From Deltaproteobacteria bacterium (GTDB lineage Bacteria; Desulfobacterota; Syntrophia; Syntrophales; Smithellaceae): a stretch of DNA of 59,698 nucleotides. The notes under the pieces are model-generated. The model was not told where the DNA came from. It saw only the letters and a program-made list of their open reading frames with translations, and made no database searches. Shown here in pieces: positions 8,632-17,594 of this stretch (the first letter of the stretch is position 1; each line of letters starts with the position of its first letter). The position numbers were made by a program, and so were the translations under genes. The DNA lies in NCBI GenBank assembly GCA_025361065.1, contig JANYAY010000169.1:1-59698 (forward strand), in the 5' to 3' direction.

Positions 8632-10353
8632 TCAGGGATTTACATAAACGCCCTTGATCTCGACCATCCCGTTACCTCCCGATCTCGCGTTTTGCGACCA
8701 GGAGCCGGGATTGGAGGTTTCCACGAGGTATGTACCCGGTTGCAGGACAACTTCCGGTGTAATCTCCCAATAATAAGAGGGGCGGGGGCTTCCCGATCTT
8801 CCCCGAGCCTGCCAGATGCCAACCTCAACGCCTGTCGCACTGACTATCCGGATACTTCCCGGTGTCCCGCTGTAGCCATAATGATAAGTAAACATATTGG
8901 TGATCCATACCGGCCGGTCAATACTGAAACGTGGACTTCTTCCTCCCGATGAAACACTATCGTCGTTGCCATTGTAGAATATAACCGATTCTTTACCCTG
9001 TTTATCGGTCTTAGTTCCGCTGTCATCGGCACCGTTGCTATTGCCCCCTATCGATCTAAATGTGCTGTCCTTGCGGAAAATGTCGTCATTGCCGCTTTCC
9101 ACATAGAGGTGAAAATCCCGATGCCGCAGATAGCGGCCGGGATAGTTGACGGATTCAAAAGAATTCCAGGATGGGTCGGCCAGACCCGGCACTACGCGAA
9201 AAGAAGCATCTTTACGGAACAGATCGCTGTTGTCCAATTGATGCAGTTTGATCCGGAATCCCTGGTGCCGGAGGTAATAGCCCGGATATTTTTTCGATTC
9301 GAAAGATACTGTATTGCCACCGGCCAATCCCGGCACCAGCCGGAAGGATGAATCGGCGGAATCGAGCTCAGAGCTGATAGGCGTGATTTCGCCAAGGTAA
9401 TTCCTGTGCCGGATATAGTGACCCTGAAAGTTATAGGATTGCCATGTCTGGTATCTCCCGGATATCCGCTGATCATCCGAGCCGCTGTTATCGGCAGGCG
9501 TGCCCGCCATTGCGCCCCCGCAGACGATGCGCGAGAAGCCTACGCAGAAGCCCTCGTTGCACACTTTATTGTCTCCCATTACCAATGTCGGGCGACGATT
9601 AGCCAATTCGAATGAAATCGCCCCGGAGAAACCATTTTTCCGACAGAAATAGTCTGCCGCCGGCTTTTGACAGTTGCTCCCCCAATTCAGGCAATTATCC
9701 ACATAGTGTCCGTTGATCATGGGATCAGGATATGTTCTGGAATTACCGGACTCATTTGCAGGAACTGTCGCCGGAGCCGATCCGCGCAATTTCACGCCTG
9801 AAACCGCGTCGCCGTTGCTCGTCCCATTGGGTATGCCTGTCTTCAAACAGCAATGGAAGGCAGACTTCACGTAGGTGTAGGCGGCACATTTGCTCTCCGT
9901 GGCGCATTGGTTCTGACAAAACTGCACTGAAGGCGCATTATCGATTCTCCGGTAGTCCGCACCCATGCGGTCGGTGTTGGGCTCACAGGTCACGCCATCC
10001 ACAGTAGCACAGCTTCCTCCCCCGACGGCGCGCTTCTTTACGCCGGATATGGTATCATTGTTGGGGGTTGGTCCGGGCACGCCTCTTTTCAGCCAGCAGT
10101 GGTGAGCTGATTTCACATATGTAAAAGCATCGCACTCCTTTTCGGCGAGACAGGCGGAATGACAGGCCTCAACCGACGGGCTGCCGTCGATGCGGCGATA
10201 GTCCGCGCCCATGCGATCGGTGTTGGCCTCCATGGTGACCATGTCGGCCTGGACCGACGCTGAAATCAAGAGAATCGCCAACAAGATGATCAGCCCTGCT
10301 CCCCTTACACAATGCGCTGCCCCGACACTAAAACGACTCATAATGACCTCCAA
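8632..10353 (-). CDS. Secreted multidomain lectin-like protein: PAN/Apple x2, Cys-rich domain, AbfB (CBM42), C-terminal beta domain
   Basis: Two NTDRMGADY...C...C....C.A.TY....C.LK repeats; three Y(I/L)RH repeats with DxSF motifs (AbfB beta-trefoil); signal peptide ending VQA. Confidence 0.8.
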   Translation of the reverse strand: MEVIMSRFSVGAAHCVRGAGLIILLAILLISASVQADMVTMEANTDRMGADYRRIDGSPSVEACHSACLAEKECDAFTYVKSAHHCWLKRGVPGPTPNNDTISGVKKRAVGGGSCATVDGVTCEPNTDRMGADYRRIDNAPSVQFCQNQCATESKCAAYTYVKSAFHCCLKTGIPNGTSNGDAVSGVKLRGSAPATVPANESGNSRTYPDPMINGHYVDNCLNWGSNCQKPAADYFCRKNGFSGAISFELANRRPTLVMGDNKVCNEGFCVGFSRIVCGGAMAGTPADNSGSDDQRISGRYQTWQSYNFQGHYIRHRNYLGEITPISSELDSADSSFRLVPGLAGGNTVSFESKKYPGYYLRHQGFRIKLHQLDNSDLFRKDASFRVVPGLADPSWNSFESVNYPGRYLRHRDFHLYVESGNDDIFRKDSTFRSIGGNSNGADDSGTKTDKQGKESVIFYNGNDDSVSSGGRSPRFSIDRPVWITNMFTYHYGYSGTPGSIRIVSATGVEVGIWQARGRSGSPRPSYYWEITPEVVLQPGTYLVETSNPGSWSQNARSGGNGMVEIKGVYVNP

Positions 10354-10548
10354 TTCTTATGATAACACAATTTTTGGGGAAAACTATAGGACGCGGTCTT
10401 GTAAGTCAAGGAAAGCTTGAGAAAATGTGGAGTGGGGTGTCGATATTTCATTACATGTCCGGATAAAACCTGCGGCGTGTTGCAAAGTGAAATTTTCAGT
10501 TAGATTAGATTTTAAGTGTTTGAACCCTGAACTTTTCATTTATAAAGT

Positions 10549-11451
10549 TCAGGGCCTTTTTATATCCTGATAGAAAGCCGCTTTCCACACTCCGTCTTCG
10601 GCAATAATGCGGGAGGGTTCATCCGGGTTTGCCGGTTGTCTATATTGCTCAAGGCCGTACTCCGGATCATGCGGTAATTTGATTCCCTGATCAAAAATCT
10701 GCGGCAGGATGGGATAAATAATGCGCCTCTTGGCCGCCGCGAAAAGCTCATCAACACTTTTGAATGGAAGCAATTCCATAACCGTTTTGAGTGTCGGCGG
10801 CATTAACATGATTTCCCGGGATAAATGCATCCGGAGCGCATTTTGCGGTGTGACCCACAAGAATTCAGTAAGTTCCATATTATCGGAAACAGTCTCCTGA
10901 CCTTGGGGCAGCTGGGCCAGAAAAAAGCGGGTATCAAATCTTTTCCCCTCTCTTTCCGGAGTAATCCAGTGACTAAAAGGTACCAGGGTATCCGGAAATA
11001 ATAAAATATTTTCCTTGCGGAGAATATCGGCCAAAGAAATTTCGCCTGAGTTCAGGGCCCGCCTGTGAGCGGAAAAACGAACAACAGCTTCCTTCTCCTG
11101 AAAAGCAATAAAATTCCCATTGCTGTAGCCGGCCAGAAAAATTCCCGCTTCTTCAAAAGTTTCCCGAATGGCCGCGATAAAAAATCCCCGTGCTTTGTCC
11201 GGTGTCAGGCCGTCCTCCTGCAATAAGGCCCGGGGATGAAAATTGTCTGCCGCTAAAACAAGAGAAGAAAGTTCCGGATCACTGTCGCTATTCTCCAGTT
11301 GTCCGCCCGGAAAAACAAAAGCACCGGCCATAAATGTCTGGCGGCGATGGCGGCGGGCTAAAAATAATTCCCACGAACCATCATTTATTGTCCGCACCAG
11401 AATTACGGTTGCCGCATCTCTGGGGGTAACAATATTTACTGATGTAGACAA
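10549..11451 (-). CDS. NUDIX hydrolase (NUDT19-like acyl-CoA diphosphatase type)
   Basis: PRDAATVIL, FVFPGG, AAIRETFEEAG, HWITP..RFDTRFF, MPPT. Confidence 0.85.
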   Translation of the reverse strand: MSTSVNIVTPRDAATVILVRTINDGSWELFLARRHRRQTFMAGAFVFPGGQLENSDSDPELSSLVLAADNFHPRALLQEDGLTPDKARGFFIAAIRETFEEAGIFLAGYSNGNFIAFQEKEAVVRFSAHRRALNSGEISLADILRKENILLFPDTLVPFSHWITPEREGKRFDTRFFLAQLPQGQETVSDNMELTEFLWVTPQNALRMHLSREIMLMPPTLKTVMELLPFKSVDELFAAAKRRIIYPILPQIFDQGIKLPHDPEYGLEQYRQPANPDEPSRIIAEDGVWKAAFYQDIKRP

Positions 11452-11475
11452 ATTTCTTTTCCTTATAAGACAATT

Positions 11476-12264
11476 CTAGTGGGCCAGCATACCACCGTCC
11501 GCAACAATGATATGGCCGGTCATATAAGCCGATGCAGCGGATGCCAGAAATACGGCAATCCCTTTGATATCATCCATTTTCCCCATACGGCGCAGAGGAA
11601 TAACACCAAGAGTCGCATCGTATGCCGGCTTAAACTCCGGCCTTTCGATGTAGGCCATCATATCCGTCAGAAAGAACCCGGGGGCAATGGCATTGACCCG
11701 GATGTTGTAGGGAGCAAGTTTTACGGCCAGATTCATAGTCAATATGTTGATGGCGGCTTTGGTGGAATTGTAAGGAACCGCCGGGTGTGCCTCTTCCAGC
11801 GTGCCGCGAAAAGCCGTGACGGAAGAAATATTAATAATATTGCCGCCACCCTGATTCTTCATGATGCGGGCAACTTTTTGGGTAATTACCCAGACGCCGC
11901 GGACATTGACATTGAAAAGTTGATCCCATTTTTCCAGAGGGAATTCCAGTGTAGGTGCGCCCCAGGTAACACCGGCGTTGTTAACCAGAATATCAATATG
12001 CCCGAATTTCTTTTGCGCTTCTTCCAGCATGGCGTCAACTGTATCTTCTTTGCTCATATCACTGGCAATAGCCAAAGCGCGTATTTTATAATTGTCTTCC
12101 AACTCCCTGGCTGTAACTTCCAGGTTTTTTATTTTACGGGATGTTAAAATTAAATCGGCGCCGGCCTCCGCCAAGCCCGTTGCGATAAATTTACCAATAC
12201 CACGGCCACCGCCCGTAACCAGGGCCACCTTTCCTTTAAGCGAAAACAAATCTGCAAGCTGCAT
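11476..12264 (-). CDS. Short-chain dehydrogenase/reductase
   Basis: TGGGRGIG, NNAG, YNSTK. Start moved to 12264 behind a GGAGG RBS. Confidence 0.9.
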   Translation of the reverse strand: MQLADLFSLKGKVALVTGGGRGIGKFIATGLAEAGADLILTSRKIKNLEVTARELEDNYKIRALAIASDMSKEDTVDAMLEEAQKKFGHIDILVNNAGVTWGAPTLEFPLEKWDQLFNVNVRGVWVITQKVARIMKNQGGGNIINISSVTAFRGTLEEAHPAVPYNSTKAAINILTMNLAVKLAPYNIRVNAIAPGFFLTDMMAYIERPEFKPAYDATLGVIPLRRMGKMDDIKGIAVFLASAASAYMTGHIIVADGGMLAH

Positions 12265-12575
12265 AAATTTTCTCCTCCACGAATAATAATTTTTGCCCGG
12301 CAGCCATATCCTCAATCTTTGCCCATTGAGAATTTGATTTACCCGGACGATTTTTCCTTGTGGCTATTCATCTTCCGCATCTGCGGGAAGAACACTTTGT
12401 AGTCGTATTATCACTAAAGTGGCCTACCGGTATAGCATTTTTTTGTGGGGAAAATATCAGACCGGCTTCAGAATCGAACTAAACAGCAAACCTTGCACAG
12501 TTTGCCCAAACGGGTTTGAAGCCCGCGGCCGGCGCCAGCCGACTAAACCGGTCATGGTTTTAATTTTGGCAGCCT

Positions 12576-13289
12576 TTAGCGTCCTGCTTCAATGAAATCC
12601 AGATAGGCCACAGCACTTGCCCCTGTATTGTCCGTATCGCTCATGACGGCCAATCCTGCCGTTGGTGGAGGCTCCTTACCAAAGGCCTGACGGTAATCGT
12701 CCAGAACATTGACCGATTCTTCCACCCACCGGCCGACGCGCTGCCTTCCTTTCTCCAGGATGACCATATATGCTTTGTCCGTATAAGGGCTGACAATAAA
12801 TCGTTCCGGAATGCTCGCACCCGTCCAGACATAATTCAGTGAGCTGTGCGGCGGGTATTTACCATAGATAGTCTTGGTGGCGTTATAAAGCAGACGTTCT
12901 CCCAGCGAGGCCTGAGCGGGATCATATTGGAAAATGACATACACCCGAAGGGGATAATCGTCTCCCGCTTTCTCCTTCGGGTTTCCGCGATCCGAGAATT
13001 GTTCTACCTTCCAGCGCCAGCGAAGGCGGGGATTTTCGTAAATATTGAAAGTCCGGCGATAGACAATAGCGGAAGCCGAGGCATGGCTTTCAGCCTTCAG
13101 GACAAACTTGCTTCCTTCGGGAACTAATGTATATGTTGAATGGGTCTTGATCTTGGGAAAAGTCAGCGTTTCCCATCCGGCGAGAGTGTCAAAATTTTCC
13201 CGGAAAAGAATCTTTTGCTGTGCCCACAACACAGTTGTCCCGGCAAATATGACCAAAAGCAGAGCAATAAAGGTGATTCTTCGTCTCAT
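12576..13289 (-). CDS. DUF3047-domain secreted protein
   Basis: LRWRWKV, GDDYPLRVYV, SLNYVW and AVMSDTDNTG motifs; signal peptide from M at 13289. Confidence 0.8.
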   Translation of the reverse strand: MRRRITFIALLLVIFAGTTVLWAQQKILFRENFDTLAGWETLTFPKIKTHSTYTLVPEGSKFVLKAESHASASAIVYRRTFNIYENPRLRWRWKVEQFSDRGNPKEKAGDDYPLRVYVIFQYDPAQASLGERLLYNATKTIYGKYPPHSSLNYVWTGASIPERFIVSPYTDKAYMVILEKGRQRVGRWVEESVNVLDDYRQAFGKEPPPTAGLAVMSDTDNTGASAVAYLDFIEAGR

Positions 13290-13433
13290 CAGAACTCCCC
13301 GCGAAGTGTTGAACTCGAACGTATCTTGCAGTTGCTTCTTCTTAATATTCTTCCGTGGATTGAAGATATCATAATAATCAACCATAATTCAATTTATCAT
13401 TTTCTGGTAGTTGGCTGCCGGACTTACGGAGAA

Positions 13434-15146
13434 TTAACCATCTGTCTCTTGTTTACTTTCTCCGATTTTGCGGAAAAACGGCCGCAGAGCAAGAGGAATC
13501 AGAAAAGCACAGACAGCAATGACAACTCCGACAATGACACCGCGGATATTCCCCCGCAGTATCAACTCCGAAAGCGAGCTGCCAAAAGCCACAAAAGCGA
13601 TACACGCCGGAAGCATAAAAACAAACGTGCTCCAAAGGTACTGCAGAAAGGGAATGGGGGTCAAGCCAAAAAGGTAATTAAGCAGGTTGAAGGGGAAGAC
13701 GGGGATCAGGCGGGTTGCGGCAACGGCCTTCCAGCCATGTTGATTCACCTTATCCTGAAGCCATTGCCAGCGCTCCTGCGCAACCTTGTTTTTAATAAAG
13801 TTTTGCAGAAGATACCGCGACAGAAAAAAGGGCAGGCAGGACCCAAGCGTTGCCCCGGAAATGGAAAAGAGTACTCCCCAAACCGGTCCCCAGAAAAAAC
13901 CGGCCGCCAGCGTCAGGGGAATGCTGGGCAAAAAGAGAGCCGGAGCAAGGGCATAGATGCCCAAAAAGATTACAGGCGCAACAACAGGATAATGGCCCAG
14001 AAGGTCTGCAAGCGCATCCGCAGCAAAGAAATACTGCGCGTTTAGGTAAATGCCGCCCGCAACAAGCAGAGCGATGACGAACAGTGCCGGAATTATCGGC
14101 ATTTTGAGCCTGGACTGAGTGGCCAGAACCAAGCGGTTGATCCATTGTCGCAGCGGAGAAGGAACTATCCGGCGCGGCGGTGTATCGACCAGACATTCCA
14201 GAAGATGGACCGCTGCGACGCCGCGTTGCAAAAGACGATTCTGACAACCGGTGCAATATGTCACAATCGTCATGTCTGTTCCCTTCTGAATAATCCGTGA
14301 AATAAAACGATCCGCCAGCTCCGGAGACAGTGAACTTAAACCGCCACCCGCACCACAACAAAGCGGGACGGATGCTTCAACACTATTGTTAACAAAATAT
14401 TCCCCCGGAGAACAATGTGACTGATAAATATGATTGACCACCTCCTGGGCAGCATTGCGAATTCCCTCCCACCGGGAGGATGGGCAGGGGTGATGGAGAT
14501 AAATCTGGTCGCGCTGCTGTTGCTTAAATATCTCCGGCGGGAGCACCTCCAGGATAAAGACAACTTCAATACCCGGGAGATGTTCCGACAGAAGCTTATG
14601 ACAATTCAGACAGCCGGTGATCACCTTTCGCACGCCGCCGGCATGGAGGCGCTGCTCAATTTCGTGCAACGCAGCAAAAGAAGCTTGAGTATCGCCCAGT
14701 GTAAACACCGGATCATAGCAGCAGTCCAGAACCAAACCGACTTTTTGCTGCAACTGACGGCTCAGGATATCGCGTACTTTGCGGACCAGCCCCGGAAGGT
14801 TTGCGGCAAGCCCGCACCCCGGCCAGAAGACAGTATTCGCACTTCCGTAAAAAGCAAAGGGAAACCTATGTCCGGCTTTAGCAAACGCCCTGGCGCTTTC
14901 CATTACTTTGCGGACAGAATTTGCTATCTGCTCCTTTTGAACCAGCCGTTCTTTTATTGCCAAAAAGGCCGACGCCGGCGACAGATGGCGAGGGCACACG
15001 GCCTCACAACGGCGGCAGGACTTACAGTTAAAAGCCGCTTCCGGACAATCCGCAAGAATCTTCCGGTGCGTCCCAAACTCGGTGAGAAAGGAGCAAACAG
15101 CGACGCAGACGCCACACCCTGCATAATCTTTCGTGAAGCCTGTCAC
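13434..15146 (-). CDS. Fe-S/CCG-domain oxidoreductase fused to a TVP38/TMEM64 (DedA/VTT) membrane domain
   Basis: CKSCRRCEAVCP; FWPGC...CCYDP...GCLNC; HHPC...CCGAGGG...YCTGC; C-terminal PSIPLTLAAGFFWG and RLIPVFPFNLLNYLFGLT. Confidence 0.8.
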   Translation of the reverse strand: MTGFTKDYAGCGVCVAVCSFLTEFGTHRKILADCPEAAFNCKSCRRCEAVCPRHLSPASAFLAIKERLVQKEQIANSVRKVMESARAFAKAGHRFPFAFYGSANTVFWPGCGLAANLPGLVRKVRDILSRQLQQKVGLVLDCCYDPVFTLGDTQASFAALHEIEQRLHAGGVRKVITGCLNCHKLLSEHLPGIEVVFILEVLPPEIFKQQQRDQIYLHHPCPSSRWEGIRNAAQEVVNHIYQSHCSPGEYFVNNSVEASVPLCCGAGGGLSSLSPELADRFISRIIQKGTDMTIVTYCTGCQNRLLQRGVAAVHLLECLVDTPPRRIVPSPLRQWINRLVLATQSRLKMPIIPALFVIALLVAGGIYLNAQYFFAADALADLLGHYPVVAPVIFLGIYALAPALFLPSIPLTLAAGFFWGPVWGVLFSISGATLGSCLPFFLSRYLLQNFIKNKVAQERWQWLQDKVNQHGWKAVAATRLIPVFPFNLLNYLFGLTPIPFLQYLWSTFVFMLPACIAFVAFGSSLSELILRGNIRGVIVGVVIAVCAFLIPLALRPFFRKIGESKQETDG

Positions 15147-15677
15147 TTATTTTACCTGTTCAACCGGATAGTCTGCTTCAGCCCAGGCTTTAATACCGCC
15201 GGGATGGCGAAATACATTTTTATAGCCAAGCTTCACGGCCCACATGGCCCCGTTGTGGCTCCGGGTACATTTCACGAAACCACAATAGAAAACGATGAGG
15301 CGGTTTTTATCCGGACCCAAAAGCGTTTCCAGGACGGCTTTGGTTTTGTCGTCCGGTTTCGTCATTTCGGGAATCGGAAATTCCATCTGGACAGCGCCGG
15401 GAACATGCTGCTTCTTATAGCTGGCTTCAAAGGGCATTGTGTCCACGATGAGCATCGGCCTCTTCTGATCGATCCAGCTTTTCAGTTCCTGTGTGGTGAC
15501 GACCTTATATTCCCCGCGCTGGACTTCCCCGGCAAAGGCTACGGCAATCTTCTCAGTATCCAGTTCCTTGGTTCCCCATGCCGCCATGGCGCCGCCGGCC
15601 AGACTGAAAACCAGCAGGGCCGCAATCAACACACTCCACAAACTTCTTTTGCACTCCATACTTTTTTCTCCTTTCAT
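15147..15677 (-). CDS. Exported single-domain rhodanese
   Basis: Signal peptide (AMA-A); HVPGA; FYCGFVKCTRS active-site loop; GGIKAW. Confidence 0.88.
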   Translation of the reverse strand: MKGEKSMECKRSLWSVLIAALLVFSLAGGAMAAWGTKELDTEKIAVAFAGEVQRGEYKVVTTQELKSWIDQKRPMLIVDTMPFEASYKKQHVPGAVQMEFPIPEMTKPDDKTKAVLETLLGPDKNRLIVFYCGFVKCTRSHNGAMWAVKLGYKNVFRHPGGIKAWAEADYPVEQVK

Positions 15678-15714
15678 TGATTAATTAAATCCCGATCCTC
15701 ATGAAACCATCTAA

Positions 15715-16230
15715 TTATTTTTCTATACTCTGTCTTTCCTCCGCCCTCGTTCCAAACCGTCGGGCGGCATACAGATACGGCATGACAATCCCGATCAGGA
15801 TCAGGTCGCGATAAAATGCCGCCCGCAGGCCGGCCTGCTTATTTAGTTCCTCCGCACCAAAGCAGCCGCAATCAACGTTCAGATCGCCAAGAATGCCGTA
15901 GCCGAGCACAAAGGCAAACAGGGCCAAAAGCACTGTGATCAGATGGAGCCCCCACGGACGGTCGAAAAGCAGGGCCAGTCCGGCAACAGCCTCGATCAGG
16001 GGCAGACCGATCGCCACCACGGGAAGAAACATCTCGTCAACCAGATCATAGGAAGAAATGGTCGAGGCAAACGATCGGGGATCGAAGAGCTTAATAACGC
16101 CACCGTAGATAAAAAGACACGCCAGAGCAATCCGGACAATCCGGTAAGGCCAGGGAGAAATCAGCGCCTGATGGAAAATATTCCTGATGCGCTGCGAATA
16201 TAGCCAATTTCCTGAATGTTGGCTGATCAA
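15715..16230 (-). CDS. MauE/DoxX family membrane protein
   Basis: RIALACLFIYGGVIK, LPLIEAVAG, DCGCFG, RDL. Confidence 0.85.
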   Translation of the reverse strand: MISQHSGNWLYSQRIRNIFHQALISPWPYRIVRIALACLFIYGGVIKLFDPRSFASTISSYDLVDEMFLPVVAIGLPLIEAVAGLALLFDRPWGLHLITVLLALFAFVLGYGILGDLNVDCGCFGAEELNKQAGLRAAFYRDLILIGIVMPYLYAARRFGTRAEERQSIEK

Positions 16231-16595
16231 CTCCTACTCCTTATGTCGTCAGGCCGTTTTTTCTGTCATTTGGCTCCGTTAAACCTGACCGGTATCCCGG
16301 GCGACATACCAATGAGACTCGATGATATTAACCACTTCCCGGCGCAATATTTTTTTCATTTACCGTTATGTCAGAAGGCTAAAAATCCGCAGGAAAGCTA
16401 ACAGACGGTTAGACAAATAGCCAATTCAAAATAGCTATAATTGAATGCTTCATATTCATTTAAGTAATAATCGATATGCCGGCAGATGAATGATATGATT
16501 CAGGATTGAAGAATTAATATTTTTCCATAAGGAATTTATTGATTAAACAGTAAGTAATGCCGCAAATTCCATATAGTTATAATAACCATTGGTGA

Positions 16596-16610
16596 ATAAG
16601 AAAAATTTAT
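16596..16610. promoter_or_regulatory. Candidate LysR recognition site
   Basis: ATAA-GAAAAAT-TTAT dyad (T-N11-A core) just upstream of lysR; the surrounding region is AT-rich. Confidence 0.4.
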
Positions 16611-16624
16611 GCTAAAAATACGGC

Positions 16625-17551
16625 ATGAGTGCAGAGAGTTTTAAAAACATAACCATGCAACAGATGGAGGCGATTATTTCTCTGGCCCAGGAGGGAAGTT
16701 TCAGCCGCGCTGCCAAAAAAATGCTTTTAACCCAGCCCGCGCTGACCAAGAACATAAAGAATATCGAAAATTATCTCGGAGTCCGGATTGTCAACCGCAG
16801 TCCCCTGGGGATTTCGCTGACGCCGGAAGGAAAAATTATTTACGAATACGCCCAACGGATAATTAAATTACGCAATGAGGCGGGAGAAAAAATTATTCAG
16901 CTCAATGAAAATACCGGCGGCGAAATTTATATCGGAGCCAGCACGATTCCCGCCACGTACATTCTCCCGCGTGCTTTAAGCCTTTTTAGAAAAAAATATG
17001 ACAATGTCCGAGTGCATGTTCAAACGGCGGACAGTGAAGAAACCATGAATATGGTTTTGGCGGGCGAGGTGGAGATAGGCTTAATCGGCAAAAACCCCCT
17101 GAATAAAAAACTCCTTTCCGAACCATTGGGAAAAGACCGCCTGGTCCTGGCCGCTGCTCAAAATCATCCCTGGTGCAAAAGAGAATCAATCACGCTCACC
17201 GAATTATCTGCGGAGCCTTTTGTTATTCGGGAAAAAGGATCGGCAACAAGAGATGTGTGGGAATTCTATTTGAAAGAGCATAAGGCGGTTAGTCTCGCCG
17301 AGTTTAATATTTGCTGTGAGTTCGGCAGTTCGGAAGCGGTAAAAGAAGCGATTATTGCGGGGCTTGGTGTTTCCATTCTTTCTCTCCACGCCATCGGGCG
17401 GGAATTGCTGCAGGGCTTATTGAGGGAAATTAAGATCGCCAATCTTCCCGCCATGGAAAGAGATTTTTATTTAATCCGCCAAAAGCAATTGGATTTAAAA
17501 CCAATCCATAAACTATTTATGGATTTTATCAGGGGATATTTCCCGCAATAG
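16625..17551 (+). CDS. LysR regulator (CysL / selenium-metabolism-associated type)
   Basis: HTH GSFSRAAKKMLLTQPA; GASTIPATYILP, REKGSATR, GSSEAVKEA. Confidence 0.88.
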   Translation: MSAESFKNITMQQMEAIISLAQEGSFSRAAKKMLLTQPALTKNIKNIENYLGVRIVNRSPLGISLTPEGKIIYEYAQRIIKLRNEAGEKIIQLNENTGGEIYIGASTIPATYILPRALSLFRKKYDNVRVHVQTADSEETMNMVLAGEVEIGLIGKNPLNKKLLSEPLGKDRLVLAAAQNHPWCKRESITLTELSAEPFVIREKGSATRDVWEFYLKEHKAVSLAEFNICCEFGSSEAVKEAIIAGLGVSILSLHAIGRELLQGLLREIKIANLPAMERDFYLIRQKQLDLKPIHKLFMDFIRGYFPQ

Positions 17552-17594
17552 CCAATTTCATTTATTTTATTCAAACCGTGAGGAAAGGACATTA

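Noticed and set aside
12440-12560. Possible c-di-GMP-I riboswitch upstream of the SDR (GGCAAAC on the minus strand, some pairing)
   Set aside because: Lacks the GNRA-capped P2 and the GACGCAAAGC core; an Infernal search against RF01051 would be needed.
13140-15680. Long plus-strand ORFs (301 aa and 416 aa)
   Set aside because: Antisense shadows of well-supported minus-strand genes, with no recognisable motifs. The same applies to the many other antisense ORFs in the track.
16279-16359. 26-aa minus-strand ORF in the lysR/mauE intergenic region
   Set aside because: No RBS, no motif, too short to support.
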